Of a stretch of 40,000 nt of DNA, positions 9,077-18,252 are shown piece by piece (the first letter of the stretch is position 1; each line of letters opens with the position of its first letter). The stretch is from Erwinia phage pEa_SNUABM_48: the sequence record MW879340.1; one strand, given 5' to 3'. A program made the translations under genes and the position numbers. Under the pieces are notes generated by a model. The model had not been told where the DNA came from. It made no database searches and saw only the letters and a list, made by a program, of their open reading frames with translations.

Positions 9077-10057
9077 ATGGGTAAGCGCGTAACACGTATT
9101 TATGCCTGCGGCGGCGGTGCGATCAAAATCACCGCTGATCTCGTAGACTACACGAACATTGCCGGGTTCTCCGATACGAAGGTATCGCGACTGGATACGT
9201 CCGACAAAAACCTGACACCGAACATGTCACAGTCTTCCATCTTCCTGCTGGAAAACGCTGACGGTTCTGGTAAGCAGCGTGACCACAACTACAAACCGGT
9301 CGTCGGTGCTATGTCTAAAATCCTGGCACAACATCAGCCGGAAGATTACAACATCGTCCTGTTTACTGCCGGTGGTGGTTCTGGCTCCGTAATTGGTCCG
9401 GTGCTGGTTGGTGAACTGCTTCAGCGTAAAGCACCTGTTATCGCTCTGGTCATCGGTACTACCGGCGATGAAACCCAGGCGCAGAACTCCGTGAACACCA
9501 TCAAGTCTCTGGGTGGTATTCAGGCACAGCACAAACGTCCTCTGATCTTCGCTTACTTTGAAGTGAATCAGAACAACAGCCAGTCTGATGTTGATCGCCA
9601 GGTGCGTGCACTGCTGCCGGTTCTGCTGAACCTGCTGGACAGCAACAACTCCATCATCGACAACAAAGACATCGTTAACTTCCTCGACTGGACTAACGTC
9701 CGTAAAGACCTGCCTGCACAGTTGGCGTGTCTGGAAGTGTACAACGGTGATGAGCTGGATGAACTGACCGGTAAAGCACCGATCACCATGGCGTCTATCT
9801 ACCCTGATGCTGAACGTAAGTATCTGCCTGTAACGCCGGCGTACTCCACCGACGGTATCCGTAGTGAACTGCCAGCCGGCCATGAGTTTGCTCCGGTTAC
9901 TCTGCACTACGTTATCCAGGCCGGTCCGATCAAACCGATCTTTGCTGCGCTGGAAAACACCCTGCAACGTATCCGTGATACGCAGCGTGCTCAGGCGGAA
10001 ACCAGTAACGTCGTGGGTAACGATGATAACGTTGAAAACACCGGTATGGTGCTCTAA
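9077..10057 (+). CDS. phuZ: Tubulin/FtsZ-like phage cytoskeletal protein (PhuZ-like)
   Basis: FTAGGGSGSVIGP tubulin/FtsZ G-box; N-terminal ACGGGAIKI; TTGDE...NSVNTIKSL; 326 aa; acidic tail. Confidence 0.85.
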   Translation: MGKRVTRIYACGGGAIKITADLVDYTNIAGFSDTKVSRLDTSDKNLTPNMSQSSIFLLENADGSGKQRDHNYKPVVGAMSKILAQHQPEDYNIVLFTAGGGSGSVIGPVLVGELLQRKAPVIALVIGTTGDETQAQNSVNTIKSLGGIQAQHKRPLIFAYFEVNQNNSQSDVDRQVRALLPVLLNLLDSNNSIIDNKDIVNFLDWTNVRKDLPAQLACLEVYNGDELDELTGKAPITMASIYPDAERKYLPVTPAYSTDGIRSELPAGHEFAPVTLHYVIQAGPIKPIFAALENTLQRIRDTQRAQAETSNVVGNDDNVENTGMVL

Positions 10058-10157
10058 CGCTATTATATGTAACGAAAGCCGCCTCATGAGTTAATCCTTC
10101 TCACTGAGCGTGATCATTGTTCCTGGCTGGTTTGAATGGTCCGTTACCGCGCACACT

Positions 10158-10183
10158 CCCCCGGGGACAAGCCCCGGGGGTTT
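10158..10183 (+). terminator. Intrinsic terminator
   Basis: CCCCCGGGG-acaag-CCCCGGGGG then TTT. Confidence 0.85.
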
Positions 10184-10206
10184 ATGCCGCTTAAAATAAT
10201 TTCGTT

Positions 10207-10223
10207 CCTACATTACCTACGTG
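10207..10223 (+). promoter_or_regulatory. Putative early promoter motif
   Basis: CCTACATTAC-CTAC-GTG. Confidence 0.6.
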
Positions 10224-10299
10224 TATTACTGTACATGTTACGCCTATTACATAGGACGTAGTCCTTTTATAATAGGGTATTACAAGGGAGCCTAGCACC

Positions 10300-11646
10300 G
10301 TGAATTATAACTCAAACATGTTCGTCATTCCCGTCGGTGAACATTTAGCAGCAATATCGTACAACGCACCGTGGATGAATAATCAGCCAGTCAATCACGG
10401 CCAAGCCTACATGATTCTCTGCGCCATACATGAGGAGTTAGCTAACGAGATTTTCAGTTGGGCAAAGATTGACAACTCCCTGCAAGAAACTATTGCAAAG
10501 GTCTACCATGGCTTTACTGCATTGGTTGAAGCAGAACCACGTATCTGGAAATGGAACGGTCGTGAATGGGGTATTCAACATACACCAACCACACAACAGT
10601 TCCCAGTCGAGATTCGTCCTGGTCAGGGCCTACCGCGCAATCCGGTTGTGGGTACAGCGTATCGTGTTCATGGCGGTGTTCGTTATGACGATTGTTTCCA
10701 GTTCTTTATTGACAACACCGTAGAGACCATTCGTTGGTTACTGCGTAAAGAACTCAACAAATACCTGGGAACGTCTCGTGATTACGAGTGGTATTTTGAA
10801 TACAACGCCAACGGTATCGTGTACAACAAGCAAGGTAAAGCTACACCACCTGAGATGATTAATCACGCACCGCAAACGGAGTCTGAAGCAATTACAGAAG
10901 AGATTCTGTATATGCCTAAAGTCGATATGCCAGGTATGACCATGATAGTGGATCTGTCTCGCAGTGAAACTCGTGGTGGTAAAGACCTGACAACCGGTGA
11001 AGTGCGTCCTGATCTGTTTGGCGCGTTGATGAACGCACTACCGAACATGCTGAACGAACTTTATCAGCGTACCTCTGTTGATGGTAGTAATCGCGCAGAC
11101 GTCCGTGTTCTTTTCACCAATCCAATGTTCCTGCGTGAAGTCACCGAGTACATCGCCGACTACACACGCAACTGGCCGATTCGTTTCGTGGTGGAAACCG
11201 AGCAGGTGATGCCTAAGCAAACCCAGCAGGTGCATATCCTTGAAAAGATTGACCGTGCATTCCAAAACCGTTCAATGCAGGTTGTCAACCAACAGCAGGA
11301 TGAGTTGGTGAGTGCATTAAGCGCGATACGTGATCGCATGGCACGTCGCAACAACGTGACGGAACTGGACATTCGTGAAATTGAAAGTCTGGCCCCAGAC
11401 ATCTTAAAGGAAACGGTACTGAACGATGACCTGTATGTTTCGGTGAACAATCGCGACCACTGGTATAAGTTTGCCGATAAGAACCCGTCTGAGTTGCAGC
11501 AACCCGTTATCGGATTGTGTCTGTTATTGAGTAATCGCATTGACCTGTTATCCGGTGTCACTTCGACAACTCGCGGACCTATCCCGATGTTTGAACCGCG
11601 TAACGACTCTACACTCATCGGGGCTATTCCACTCCATTGTAATTGA
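10300..11646 (+). CDS. hypothetical protein (448 aa)
   Basis: GTG start after AAGGGAG; long ORF. Confidence 0.9.
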   Translation: MNYNSNMFVIPVGEHLAAISYNAPWMNNQPVNHGQAYMILCAIHEELANEIFSWAKIDNSLQETIAKVYHGFTALVEAEPRIWKWNGREWGIQHTPTTQQFPVEIRPGQGLPRNPVVGTAYRVHGGVRYDDCFQFFIDNTVETIRWLLRKELNKYLGTSRDYEWYFEYNANGIVYNKQGKATPPEMINHAPQTESEAITEEILYMPKVDMPGMTMIVDLSRSETRGGKDLTTGEVRPDLFGALMNALPNMLNELYQRTSVDGSNRADVRVLFTNPMFLREVTEYIADYTRNWPIRFVVETEQVMPKQTQQVHILEKIDRAFQNRSMQVVNQQQDELVSALSAIRDRMARRNNVTELDIREIESLAPDILKETVLNDDLYVSVNNRDHWYKFADKNPSELQQPVIGLCLLLSNRIDLLSGVTSTTRGPIPMFEPRNDSTLIGAIPLHCN

Positions 11647-11653
11647 GTTGACT

Positions 11654-12001
11654 ATGAACCTGTATCTTGCCATGCGTCCAACGATGTACCGCTGGTTCAA
11701 TCAACAGCAGTTGGACGATCCAACCAACCGTATGGCTTTCTCCGACCTATTGCAGTTTGTGGCGGAGTCAGCAACTGGACAGCATTCGGAGATCGATGTC
11801 ATCGGACCCTCGTCGTATTTGATGGGGATCGGTATCCCTCGTGAATACGTTGACCTGTTCGTTCAAACTTGTGGCGCGGAGATTCATTCCTTTTATATGA
11901 ACAACTCTACGCCTGAATGGCGGGACTGGGGTAGACACCGTGTTTCTGTCGATCCCCAGTATGATATCTTTATTCAACTGGGGAATGATCCGTATGTCTG
12001 A
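11654..12001 (+). CDS. hypothetical small protein, array member 1
   Basis: ATG at 11654, start of a tightly packed series. Confidence 0.65.
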   Translation: MNLYLAMRPTMYRWFNQQQLDDPTNRMAFSDLLQFVAESATGQHSEIDVIGPSSYLMGIGIPREYVDLFVQTCGAEIHSFYMNNSTPEWRDWGRHRVSVDPQYDIFIQLGNDPYV

Positions 12002-12347
12002 GTCCAAACGCGTGTGTGTAGTTGACTGTGGTGAAACGCTTGCGCGCTACCGCAGTCAGGATAATCGAGTGACCGACGCAGACATGTCCGCTGTATTAAT
12101 TGCAGCGGCTATACAGGCGGAGGATAACGTGTACGTGGATCCAATGTTAGAAGTTGGGTCCGTTTTACCAATGGCCCGGGCAAGTGCAATGGTAGGTGCG
12201 TTGAAGAGTAAAATCCGAGACGCGATCGAACCCTCCATTTTACAACTTGTACACGGCGCCGGGGACGACCAGGTGATTTCTACGAACTGTCGTTTAGAGG
12301 GTAGCCTGGTTATTGTCGATATCTCCTTGATCAATGAAGGTGATTAA
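11994..12347 (+). CDS. hypothetical small protein, array member 2
   Basis: ATG at 11994, overlaps the previous stop by 8 nt. Confidence 0.75.
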   Translation: MSESKRVCVVDCGETLARYRSQDNRVTDADMSAVLIAAAIQAEDNVYVDPMLEVGSVLPMARASAMVGALKSKIRDAIEPSILQLVHGAGDDQVISTNCRLEGSLVIVDISLINEGD

Positions 12348-12766
12348 TGGTACGCGCTAAACACTATCTGTCCAACCAGCTGATTGTTAACCTCAATGAG
12401 TTTCGTTGGACCAACCCGAACAACATCATGGGGATCTTTTCTACCGCGGCGTTGTTCGAGGCTTATTGTTATGCGTTGTGGAATTCAATCGGTGAACCGG
12501 ACTACGACTATGTGTGGTTGATGGAATGGGTAGCCGACGAGTTAGGGCCAAACGGGAACCCTCATGGGGAAAACATCCCGGTGATTGCTGACACCAGTTT
12601 TGTCTTCAGTATGCAACAGGCCATCGTCTGTGGCTTTAGAAGTTTCGTGACCGAGAACATGGCTTTCGTTAAATACACGCTGGGACCGTCCTTGATGCAA
12701 ACCAAGGAACAACTGCTGGTTGCGCAAGACGGCGTGCCTAATGTAATGCGTGTTCAATACATGTGA
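12347..12766 (+). CDS. hypothetical small protein, array member 3
   Basis: Start overlaps the previous stop. Confidence 0.8.
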   Translation: MVRAKHYLSNQLIVNLNEFRWTNPNNIMGIFSTAALFEAYCYALWNSIGEPDYDYVWLMEWVADELGPNGNPHGENIPVIADTSFVFSMQQAIVCGFRSFVTENMAFVKYTLGPSLMQTKEQLLVAQDGVPNVMRVQYM

Positions 12767-12773
12767 GGTAATT

Positions 12774-13148
12774 ATGAACGTCCCGTGTTTGGTTCTTGAT
12801 CTGAACCCATACTGGCCGTCGTTTCAGAACAACTACATGACTTCACCCAATCGACTTATCGGACCGTTCGAAGGTTACATGGTGTTGATCGTGGATATGT
12901 TCAAAGCAATACACAACGACACCAGTGAAGATGAGGTGCTGATTGATAACTACCTCAACGGTTCGTACCTCCAGTTGAGTGAAGCCGATCAAGACGCAGC
13001 CAAAGCAGCCGTACACGCAGGGTTAGATGTTGTGATTACCCTTGCCAATATATGGGATGAGTATCCAGGCAAAGCACGCATCTGCGTGTTGGATACCCAC
13101 TCACGTACGCTGATGATTGAATTTGGAGGGGAATGCATTGAGGCGTGA
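12774..13148 (+). CDS. hypothetical small protein, array member 4
   Basis: ATG at 12774 after TGAGGT. Confidence 0.75.
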   Translation: MNVPCLVLDLNPYWPSFQNNYMTSPNRLIGPFEGYMVLIVDMFKAIHNDTSEDEVLIDNYLNGSYLQLSEADQDAAKAAVHAGLDVVITLANIWDEYPGKARICVLDTHSRTLMIEFGGECIEA

Positions 13149-13563
13149 ACTTAATACATTGGTCTTTACGACCACTACCCAGCGTGCAGACTTGATCTTT
13201 CGTACCATGAAAGAGCGGCTGATTGACATTGGCGATATCGATGTCAGCCTGCTGGTGTATATGGCACTGAATCAGTTGACCATCAACGTCACGATTTCGG
13301 CTCAGCAGGTTCACAACGTTGAGCAGTTAGTGCAAATACATCTGCCGCAGTACGGGTATGAAAAGCAACAAGTGATCGTGGGGGTGTGCGAGGCAGTAGC
13401 AGCTGTCTTGTATCAGGATTATCAAGCGGCAATGTCCAACGCCAACTTCGCTTTGCCGGCGAAGTTGGTCAAGGTTGATTATTCGTTTGGTGTGGTAGCC
13501 ATGGTCTTTGAATGTTTGGACGATCAATCATGCGCGTGGTCATACACGACTTTGGACCAATAA
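13138..13563 (+). CDS. hypothetical small protein, array member 5
   Basis: Probable TTG start after GGAGGGG; ORF track start 13117. Confidence 0.65.
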   Translation: MRRELNTLVFTTTTQRADLIFRTMKERLIDIGDIDVSLLVYMALNQLTINVTISAQQVHNVEQLVQIHLPQYGYEKQQVIVGVCEAVAAVLYQDYQAAMSNANFALPAKLVKVDYSFGVVAMVFECLDDQSCAWSYTTLDQ

Positions 13564-13961
13564 GCGACACGTTAACGGGCGAGCTGGTCCATATGGACGA
13601 TGCCTGCGTTGCCTATGAAGACATTGTCGACTTGATCACGGTGAATCGAGTGCCTGATACGGAGGGGTACGAAGATTATCTCATTGATGTATTGTGTGAT
13701 GAACGTGATTTGAATATCCATGACCGGCAGTTGGTGCGTAGTGCTTACTATCGGATAAGACCTATCATGGAGCAGATACTGCCAGCGTCATTTGGCTACT
13801 GGCTGTGCTGCGGGTTTGTTGGGAAACAAGGGTATTTTATAATCAGCGCACAATACAACCAGTACGCAATGCAAGAGATGCGTGAGATGGTGTTCAATTC
13901 AATCCGGTCTCTTTGGGGTTTCTATGATTCTTCTCTTAAACAACGCTCCGGCCTTTATTAA
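13530..13961 (+). CDS. hypothetical small protein, array member 6
   Basis: ATG 13530; overlaps the previous gene. Confidence 0.75.
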   Translation: MRVVIHDFGPISDTLTGELVHMDDACVAYEDIVDLITVNRVPDTEGYEDYLIDVLCDERDLNIHDRQLVRSAYYRIRPIMEQILPASFGYWLCCGFVGKQGYFIISAQYNQYAMQEMREMVFNSIRSLWGFYDSSLKQRSGLY

Positions 13962-14262
13962 TGTGCTGGATCAGATCAAACGGACCGTAGCTGACGACAT
14001 CGATTTACCGGCAGTGAACCTGCACACGATCAATGACGTGGTGTACGAACTCTTCAACTATTGCACCGATCGCGTTAATATCGTGGACACCGATCCAGAG
14101 TATCAGGGTTTGTATCAGCCATTTTATGAAGCACTTAATGAAATGTTACTGATGAACAACATTCCGCTGTTATCCGTAAGCAACCTGCTGGTTGACGGTC
14201 CGGAACGTTGGACGATAGTACTGATCCTGAACACTCTGCGAGGTGAAAGTTATGGGTTATGA
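13924..14262 (+). CDS. hypothetical small protein, array member 7
   Basis: ATG 13924; overlaps the previous gene. Confidence 0.7.
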   Translation: MILLLNNAPAFINVLDQIKRTVADDIDLPAVNLHTINDVVYELFNYCTDRVNIVDTDPEYQGLYQPFYEALNEMLLMNNIPLLSVSNLLVDGPERWTIVLILNTLRGESYGL

Positions 14263-14662
14263 GTTACTGGTTAAAGGAGCCGTCGTTGACTTCGTAGTCT
14301 ACGCTCCCGAGATCCTTACCAGTGGGTTCACGAACGCCAAGATTAATGGCGTCATCGATATGGAGACTGCGCAGGCACTTGGGCTTGATGTTCAGGCCAT
14401 GCACAACAATCTGTATCCGTTGATTAAACCTCAGGGTTACGCTGACGATCCTTCGTCTTACGGCTATGTGCGTGTTACCAAAGAGAACGGCGTTACCACG
14501 ACCCTCGGGATTCCGTGGATTGTGGAATCTTCCATCGCTGTCAAAATGCGTAACCGTATTACCGTGGACATTCCCGACGTGGGGACTAACGATATTGCGT
14601 TGGTTAAAGCGGCGCTGGAATCCAATGGGTATCCGAACGCGGTTGTGAAATTGGTTGACTAA
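14252..14662 (+). CDS. hypothetical small protein, array member 8
   Basis: ATG 14252 after AGGTGA; 136 aa. Confidence 0.75.
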   Translation: MGYELLVKGAVVDFVVYAPEILTSGFTNAKINGVIDMETAQALGLDVQAMHNNLYPLIKPQGYADDPSSYGYVRVTKENGVTTTLGIPWIVESSIAVKMRNRITVDIPDVGTNDIALVKAALESNGYPNAVVKLVD

Positions 14663-14663
14663 T

Positions 14664-14691
14664 CCGCGGGGGCTTCGGCTCCTGCGGTTTT
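14664..14691 (+). terminator. Intrinsic terminator with TTCG tetraloop
   Basis: CCGCGGGGGC-ttcg-GCTCCTGCGG then TTTT; 10-bp stem including two GU pairs. Confidence 0.85.
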
Positions 14692-14771
14692 CCCTTATGC
14701 CCCTATTTATTTTTTGACATAACGGGGCTATCGAATAGAAACCATTCACAACTTAGCCGTAAGGACATTCC

Positions 14772-16883
14772 ATGGAATTATTTGTGAATCCGGCGAGCAG
14801 TTATAAACGCGACTTACGCATCCATCATCACTATTGTGAGAACAAAGCGAAATCATTATCGCTGACCTTTGGTGAACCGATGGAGAAGACGCTTGAGTTT
14901 GTCAAGCGCGTTACTGCACCGGGTGCTAAGCATGGCGTGGTCGATCCACGTGTGCGTATTCTGATTCGTGGTAAGAACGGTGACCGTGAACTTAAATTCA
15001 CGACCTTTAACAAGTTCTTACAAGCCGTGGATAAACGCGGCGCAATTCTCAGTCCTTCATTAACCGCATACCTGCACCCGAAAGAGAAGGTGTCGCAGTA
15101 TGCCGTGTCCACCGATAACAACATCAAGGCACGTAAGGTTATTAAGAAGGAAATGTTCGTTGCAGAACAACGTGGTGATGTAACCACGGCAACGATTAAA
15201 GACATCATGCAGACCGGGCGTAAGCTGACGAACAACGGTATGTCCGGTGGCTTCTGTACGGCCTCTACACCGTTCTATTGTCGTTCGGCTCATAGTTCGT
15301 TAACTTCGTGCTGTCGTTCGGCTACGTCCTCTACAAACGCCTTTAACGAGAAGTTCCTCGCAGGTAACCGTCACTACCACTCGCCAGAGATAGTGATGGA
15401 GAACATTGCGTCGATTTGCTTGCATTCGGATTATGAAGCAATTGACAAAGCCATGCGGGAATTCAACCTTCAGTACCCAACGGTTGATCAAGTCATTGCG
15501 TGTATCTATCGCGGGTCGCGTCGTTATTGGTCAGACCGTAAGTACATGGCGTTGATTCATCAGCAGGTCAGTAACATGACTGAAGGTGAGCGCGCGGCAT
15601 TCATGTTTACAAGCGACATGTATCACATGCGTTTAGTGAACCCAGACTTCGTGCGTCAGATGTTGATCGACATTGCTGAGAAAGCAATGGTTGGCACAAC
15701 GGAAGATGTTGCACTGAAAGACGGCGATGCGCGTGTACTGGCAACAATGAAATGTGCGGAAGACATTATTCGTGTTGGCACCAAAGAATCTGAGAACTCG
15801 GAAGAGATTAAAGGTTTGGTTAAAGCCAACTACAAGTTGTCCGTGCAGAACATTGAGAAATACCGCAGCTACGTGCGTGCGTTCTTGGTCACACCGAACA
15901 CACCTACGTCGATTGCGATGATGCCTCACCATGTGCGTGAAGTGGTGTTAGCGTCAGATACTGACTCCTCAATCTTTACCGAACAGGATTGGATTGACTG
16001 GATTCAGCCGGATTATCAGTTCCGTCAGGAACGTATCCAGATTAACGCAGCGGTTACCTTCCTGGTATCGCAGCAGGTTGTGCATTTACTGGCAATCGTG
16101 TCGGGCAACATCGGCGTAGCGGAAGAACATCTGTTCCGTCTGACGATGAAGAACGAATACTACTTCGAGACCTTCGTGTTAACCAACATGGGTAAACACT
16201 ACTTTGCAACTCAGACTGCGCGTGAGGGTAACTTCTATCCTAAGCCTAAGCTGGAGCTGAAAGGTGTGCACCTGCGTAACTCGAACGTACCGAAAGAGAT
16301 TCGTGAACGCGGTAACCTGATTATCAATGAAATTCTCGACAAGTCCAACAGCAATGAACAGTTCTCGGTTGTAGACCTGTTACAACGCGTGGGTGACATT
16401 GAGCGTTTCATCATCAACTCGATTAAGAGTGGTGAGCCAATCTTCTTATCCAAAGCCACCATCAAGGATAAGGAAGCGTATGCGAAACCGTTGAGCAACA
16501 ACTACTACCACTACCTGATGTGGGAAGAAGTCTTTGCACAGAAATACGGTCCAGCACCGGCATTGCAGTATCTGGGTCTGAAAGCGAAGTTGGGTTTAGG
16601 GTCTAAGACTGCGGTGAACGATTGGTTAGATGAACTGGAAGACACGGCATTGGCACAACGCATGCGTGACTTCATGGACAAGTATGGCAAGACCAGCATT
16701 TCTCAGGTCATCCTGCCAGCAGACATCGTTATGACTCAGGGCTTACCAGAAGAGGTAATCCAGGGCATTAACATTCGTCAGCTGATCATGGAAAACCTGG
16801 CGATGGTTTACTCCTGCTTGGAGTCATTAGGTTTGTACTTTACCAACCCGAATGCAACTCGCTTAGTATCAGACGAACATTAA
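14772..16883 (+). CDS. Family B DNA polymerase, C-terminal half of a split enzyme
   Basis: Motif C VLASDTDSSIF; GKHYFA...KPKLELKGVHLRNSNVPKEI (KKRY..KG-E-..R-like block); motif B-like MQTGRKLTNNGMSG; exonuclease motifs and motif A (DxxSLYP) absent. Confidence 0.8.
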   Translation: MELFVNPASSYKRDLRIHHHYCENKAKSLSLTFGEPMEKTLEFVKRVTAPGAKHGVVDPRVRILIRGKNGDRELKFTTFNKFLQAVDKRGAILSPSLTAYLHPKEKVSQYAVSTDNNIKARKVIKKEMFVAEQRGDVTTATIKDIMQTGRKLTNNGMSGGFCTASTPFYCRSAHSSLTSCCRSATSSTNAFNEKFLAGNRHYHSPEIVMENIASICLHSDYEAIDKAMREFNLQYPTVDQVIACIYRGSRRYWSDRKYMALIHQQVSNMTEGERAAFMFTSDMYHMRLVNPDFVRQMLIDIAEKAMVGTTEDVALKDGDARVLATMKCAEDIIRVGTKESENSEEIKGLVKANYKLSVQNIEKYRSYVRAFLVTPNTPTSIAMMPHHVREVVLASDTDSSIFTEQDWIDWIQPDYQFRQERIQINAAVTFLVSQQVVHLLAIVSGNIGVAEEHLFRLTMKNEYYFETFVLTNMGKHYFATQTAREGNFYPKPKLELKGVHLRNSNVPKEIRERGNLIINEILDKSNSNEQFSVVDLLQRVGDIERFIINSIKSGEPIFLSKATIKDKEAYAKPLSNNYYHYLMWEEVFAQKYGPAPALQYLGLKAKLGLGSKTAVNDWLDELEDTALAQRMRDFMDKYGKTSISQVILPADIVMTQGLPEEVIQGINIRQLIMENLAMVYSCLESLGLYFTNPNATRLVSDEH

Positions 16884-16892
16884 TCGGCATAA

Positions 16893-16922
16893 GGCTCTGT
16901 GTGGCTAGTGCCACACAGAGCC
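16893..16922. terminator. Bidirectional terminator between convergent genes
   Basis: GGCTCTGTGTGGC-tagt-GCCACACAGAGCC, perfect 13-bp stem. Confidence 0.85.
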
Positions 16923-16934
16923 GCCGTCTGATAA

Positions 16935-18050
16935 TTATTTCTTACCTTTGTTCTTGATACGGTTACCGATACTAGCCAGCTCTGCCGTTATGACCTTGTT
17001 AATCTGCTGAGGCATACCGCCGATACGGAAAGTGTTGTCGCTTTTGATGTTGCCCAGGTTATGCAGGATGAGGTTGATCTTCTCCCCTTCTTTCTGACCA
17101 CGGTTAAACGAGTACTCCACTTCGAGCAAGAAGTCGATTAACCAGGTGCGTGCAATGATCCAGGCCCAACGATTCTGTCGCACATCTATATCAACAGGGA
17201 GTCGTATAGCGTCGTATCCCGAGCGATAGAGCGTAGGCATATGCATCAGGACACTTTCCCAGTAGCGAGGCGTACGCTTGAGCTCAGGCACCATACGAGC
17301 GATCAGTTGATCCATTAACGGCATGTCATCCATTAACCAAAAGGCTTGACGTGGTTGCAGGTCATGACCTTTGATACCACGGTAGGCTTTAATGGTGCGG
17401 TTGATAGCAGCGATGTCGTTATGTGACTTGATCAGGTTCTGAATAGGATACATGATCGCGTACTGCTGAAAGGTTGGCATCGGTTTCAGGTTGATAGCCT
17501 TAGCCCATTGCTGGAACTGTAAGAACTGCACAGCCAGCACAGGGATATCAATACTGAGTACCGCAATACCTTCACCACCTAAGATCTGGCGTTTATCCAG
17601 GATGCCGTAGTTGGTGGTGTCGTAAGGATGACGGTGAGCCTTAATAGGCTCTAAGTCAGTCCAGGCAATACCTTTAATGTCTTCATACGTAGAAGACGTG
17701 GTGATCAGGATCTCTGTTACAGAGTCCGAGTAGAAGTTTGACTTGCTGATGGTGCCGTAGCTGGTAGACGATACCATACCAACCATATTACCAATACGAT
17801 AATCTTTGTTACGAATGTCATCGAAGTATTTCCTTACATTTGTGGCCGATAATTGTGTAAGGTCCGGCATTTTAAACTGTTTCAACAAACGAACAATAAC
17901 GTTGTTGTTCTGTGCGCTTAAGTTACGGCTGCGGAAGTATTCCTGAGATTTACCCAGGTTAATAAAAGCTATATCTCGCAGACGCTGGATGTTTTGGTTC
18001 ATCATGTCGCCATGGTTGAACTGTGCATCCGTGTCGAATAGAGTATGCAT
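16935..18050 (-). CDS. hypothetical protein (371 aa)
   Basis: Long minus ORF; ATG at 18050 preceded by GAGG is a better start than 18089. Confidence 0.85.
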   Translation of the reverse strand: MHTLFDTDAQFNHGDMMNQNIQRLRDIAFINLGKSQEYFRSRNLSAQNNNVIVRLLKQFKMPDLTQLSATNVRKYFDDIRNKDYRIGNMVGMVSSTSYGTISKSNFYSDSVTEILITTSSTYEDIKGIAWTDLEPIKAHRHPYDTTNYGILDKRQILGGEGIAVLSIDIPVLAVQFLQFQQWAKAINLKPMPTFQQYAIMYPIQNLIKSHNDIAAINRTIKAYRGIKGHDLQPRQAFWLMDDMPLMDQLIARMVPELKRTPRYWESVLMHMPTLYRSGYDAIRLPVDIDVRQNRWAWIIARTWLIDFLLEVEYSFNRGQKEGEKINLILHNLGNIKSDNTFRIGGMPQQINKVITAELASIGNRIKNKGKK

Positions 18051-18176
18051 AACCAACCTCTGAATATAGCGGTCTGTAATAAAAAACATAATGAGTTATA
18101 GTATGTGGAGAATGCAATCTCCCATCTAGGTTAACGCCTAGATGCCGAGTGGAGATGGATTCAAACTTTTTATACC

Positions 18177-18193
18177 CCTATATTACCGTAGTG
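18177..18193 (+). promoter_or_regulatory. Putative early promoter motif
   Basis: CCTATATTAC-CGTA-GTG; contains TATATTAC exactly. Confidence 0.75.
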
Positions 18194-18252
18194 TAATACC
18201 ATGGTAATTTCAATCGCGATTGTTTAATGAATATCAAAAAGGAACAAGAAGT

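Noticed and set aside
9227-10087. 286-aa minus-strand ORF antisense to PhuZ
   Set aside because: Same shadow-ORF effect; the + frame carries tubulin motifs.
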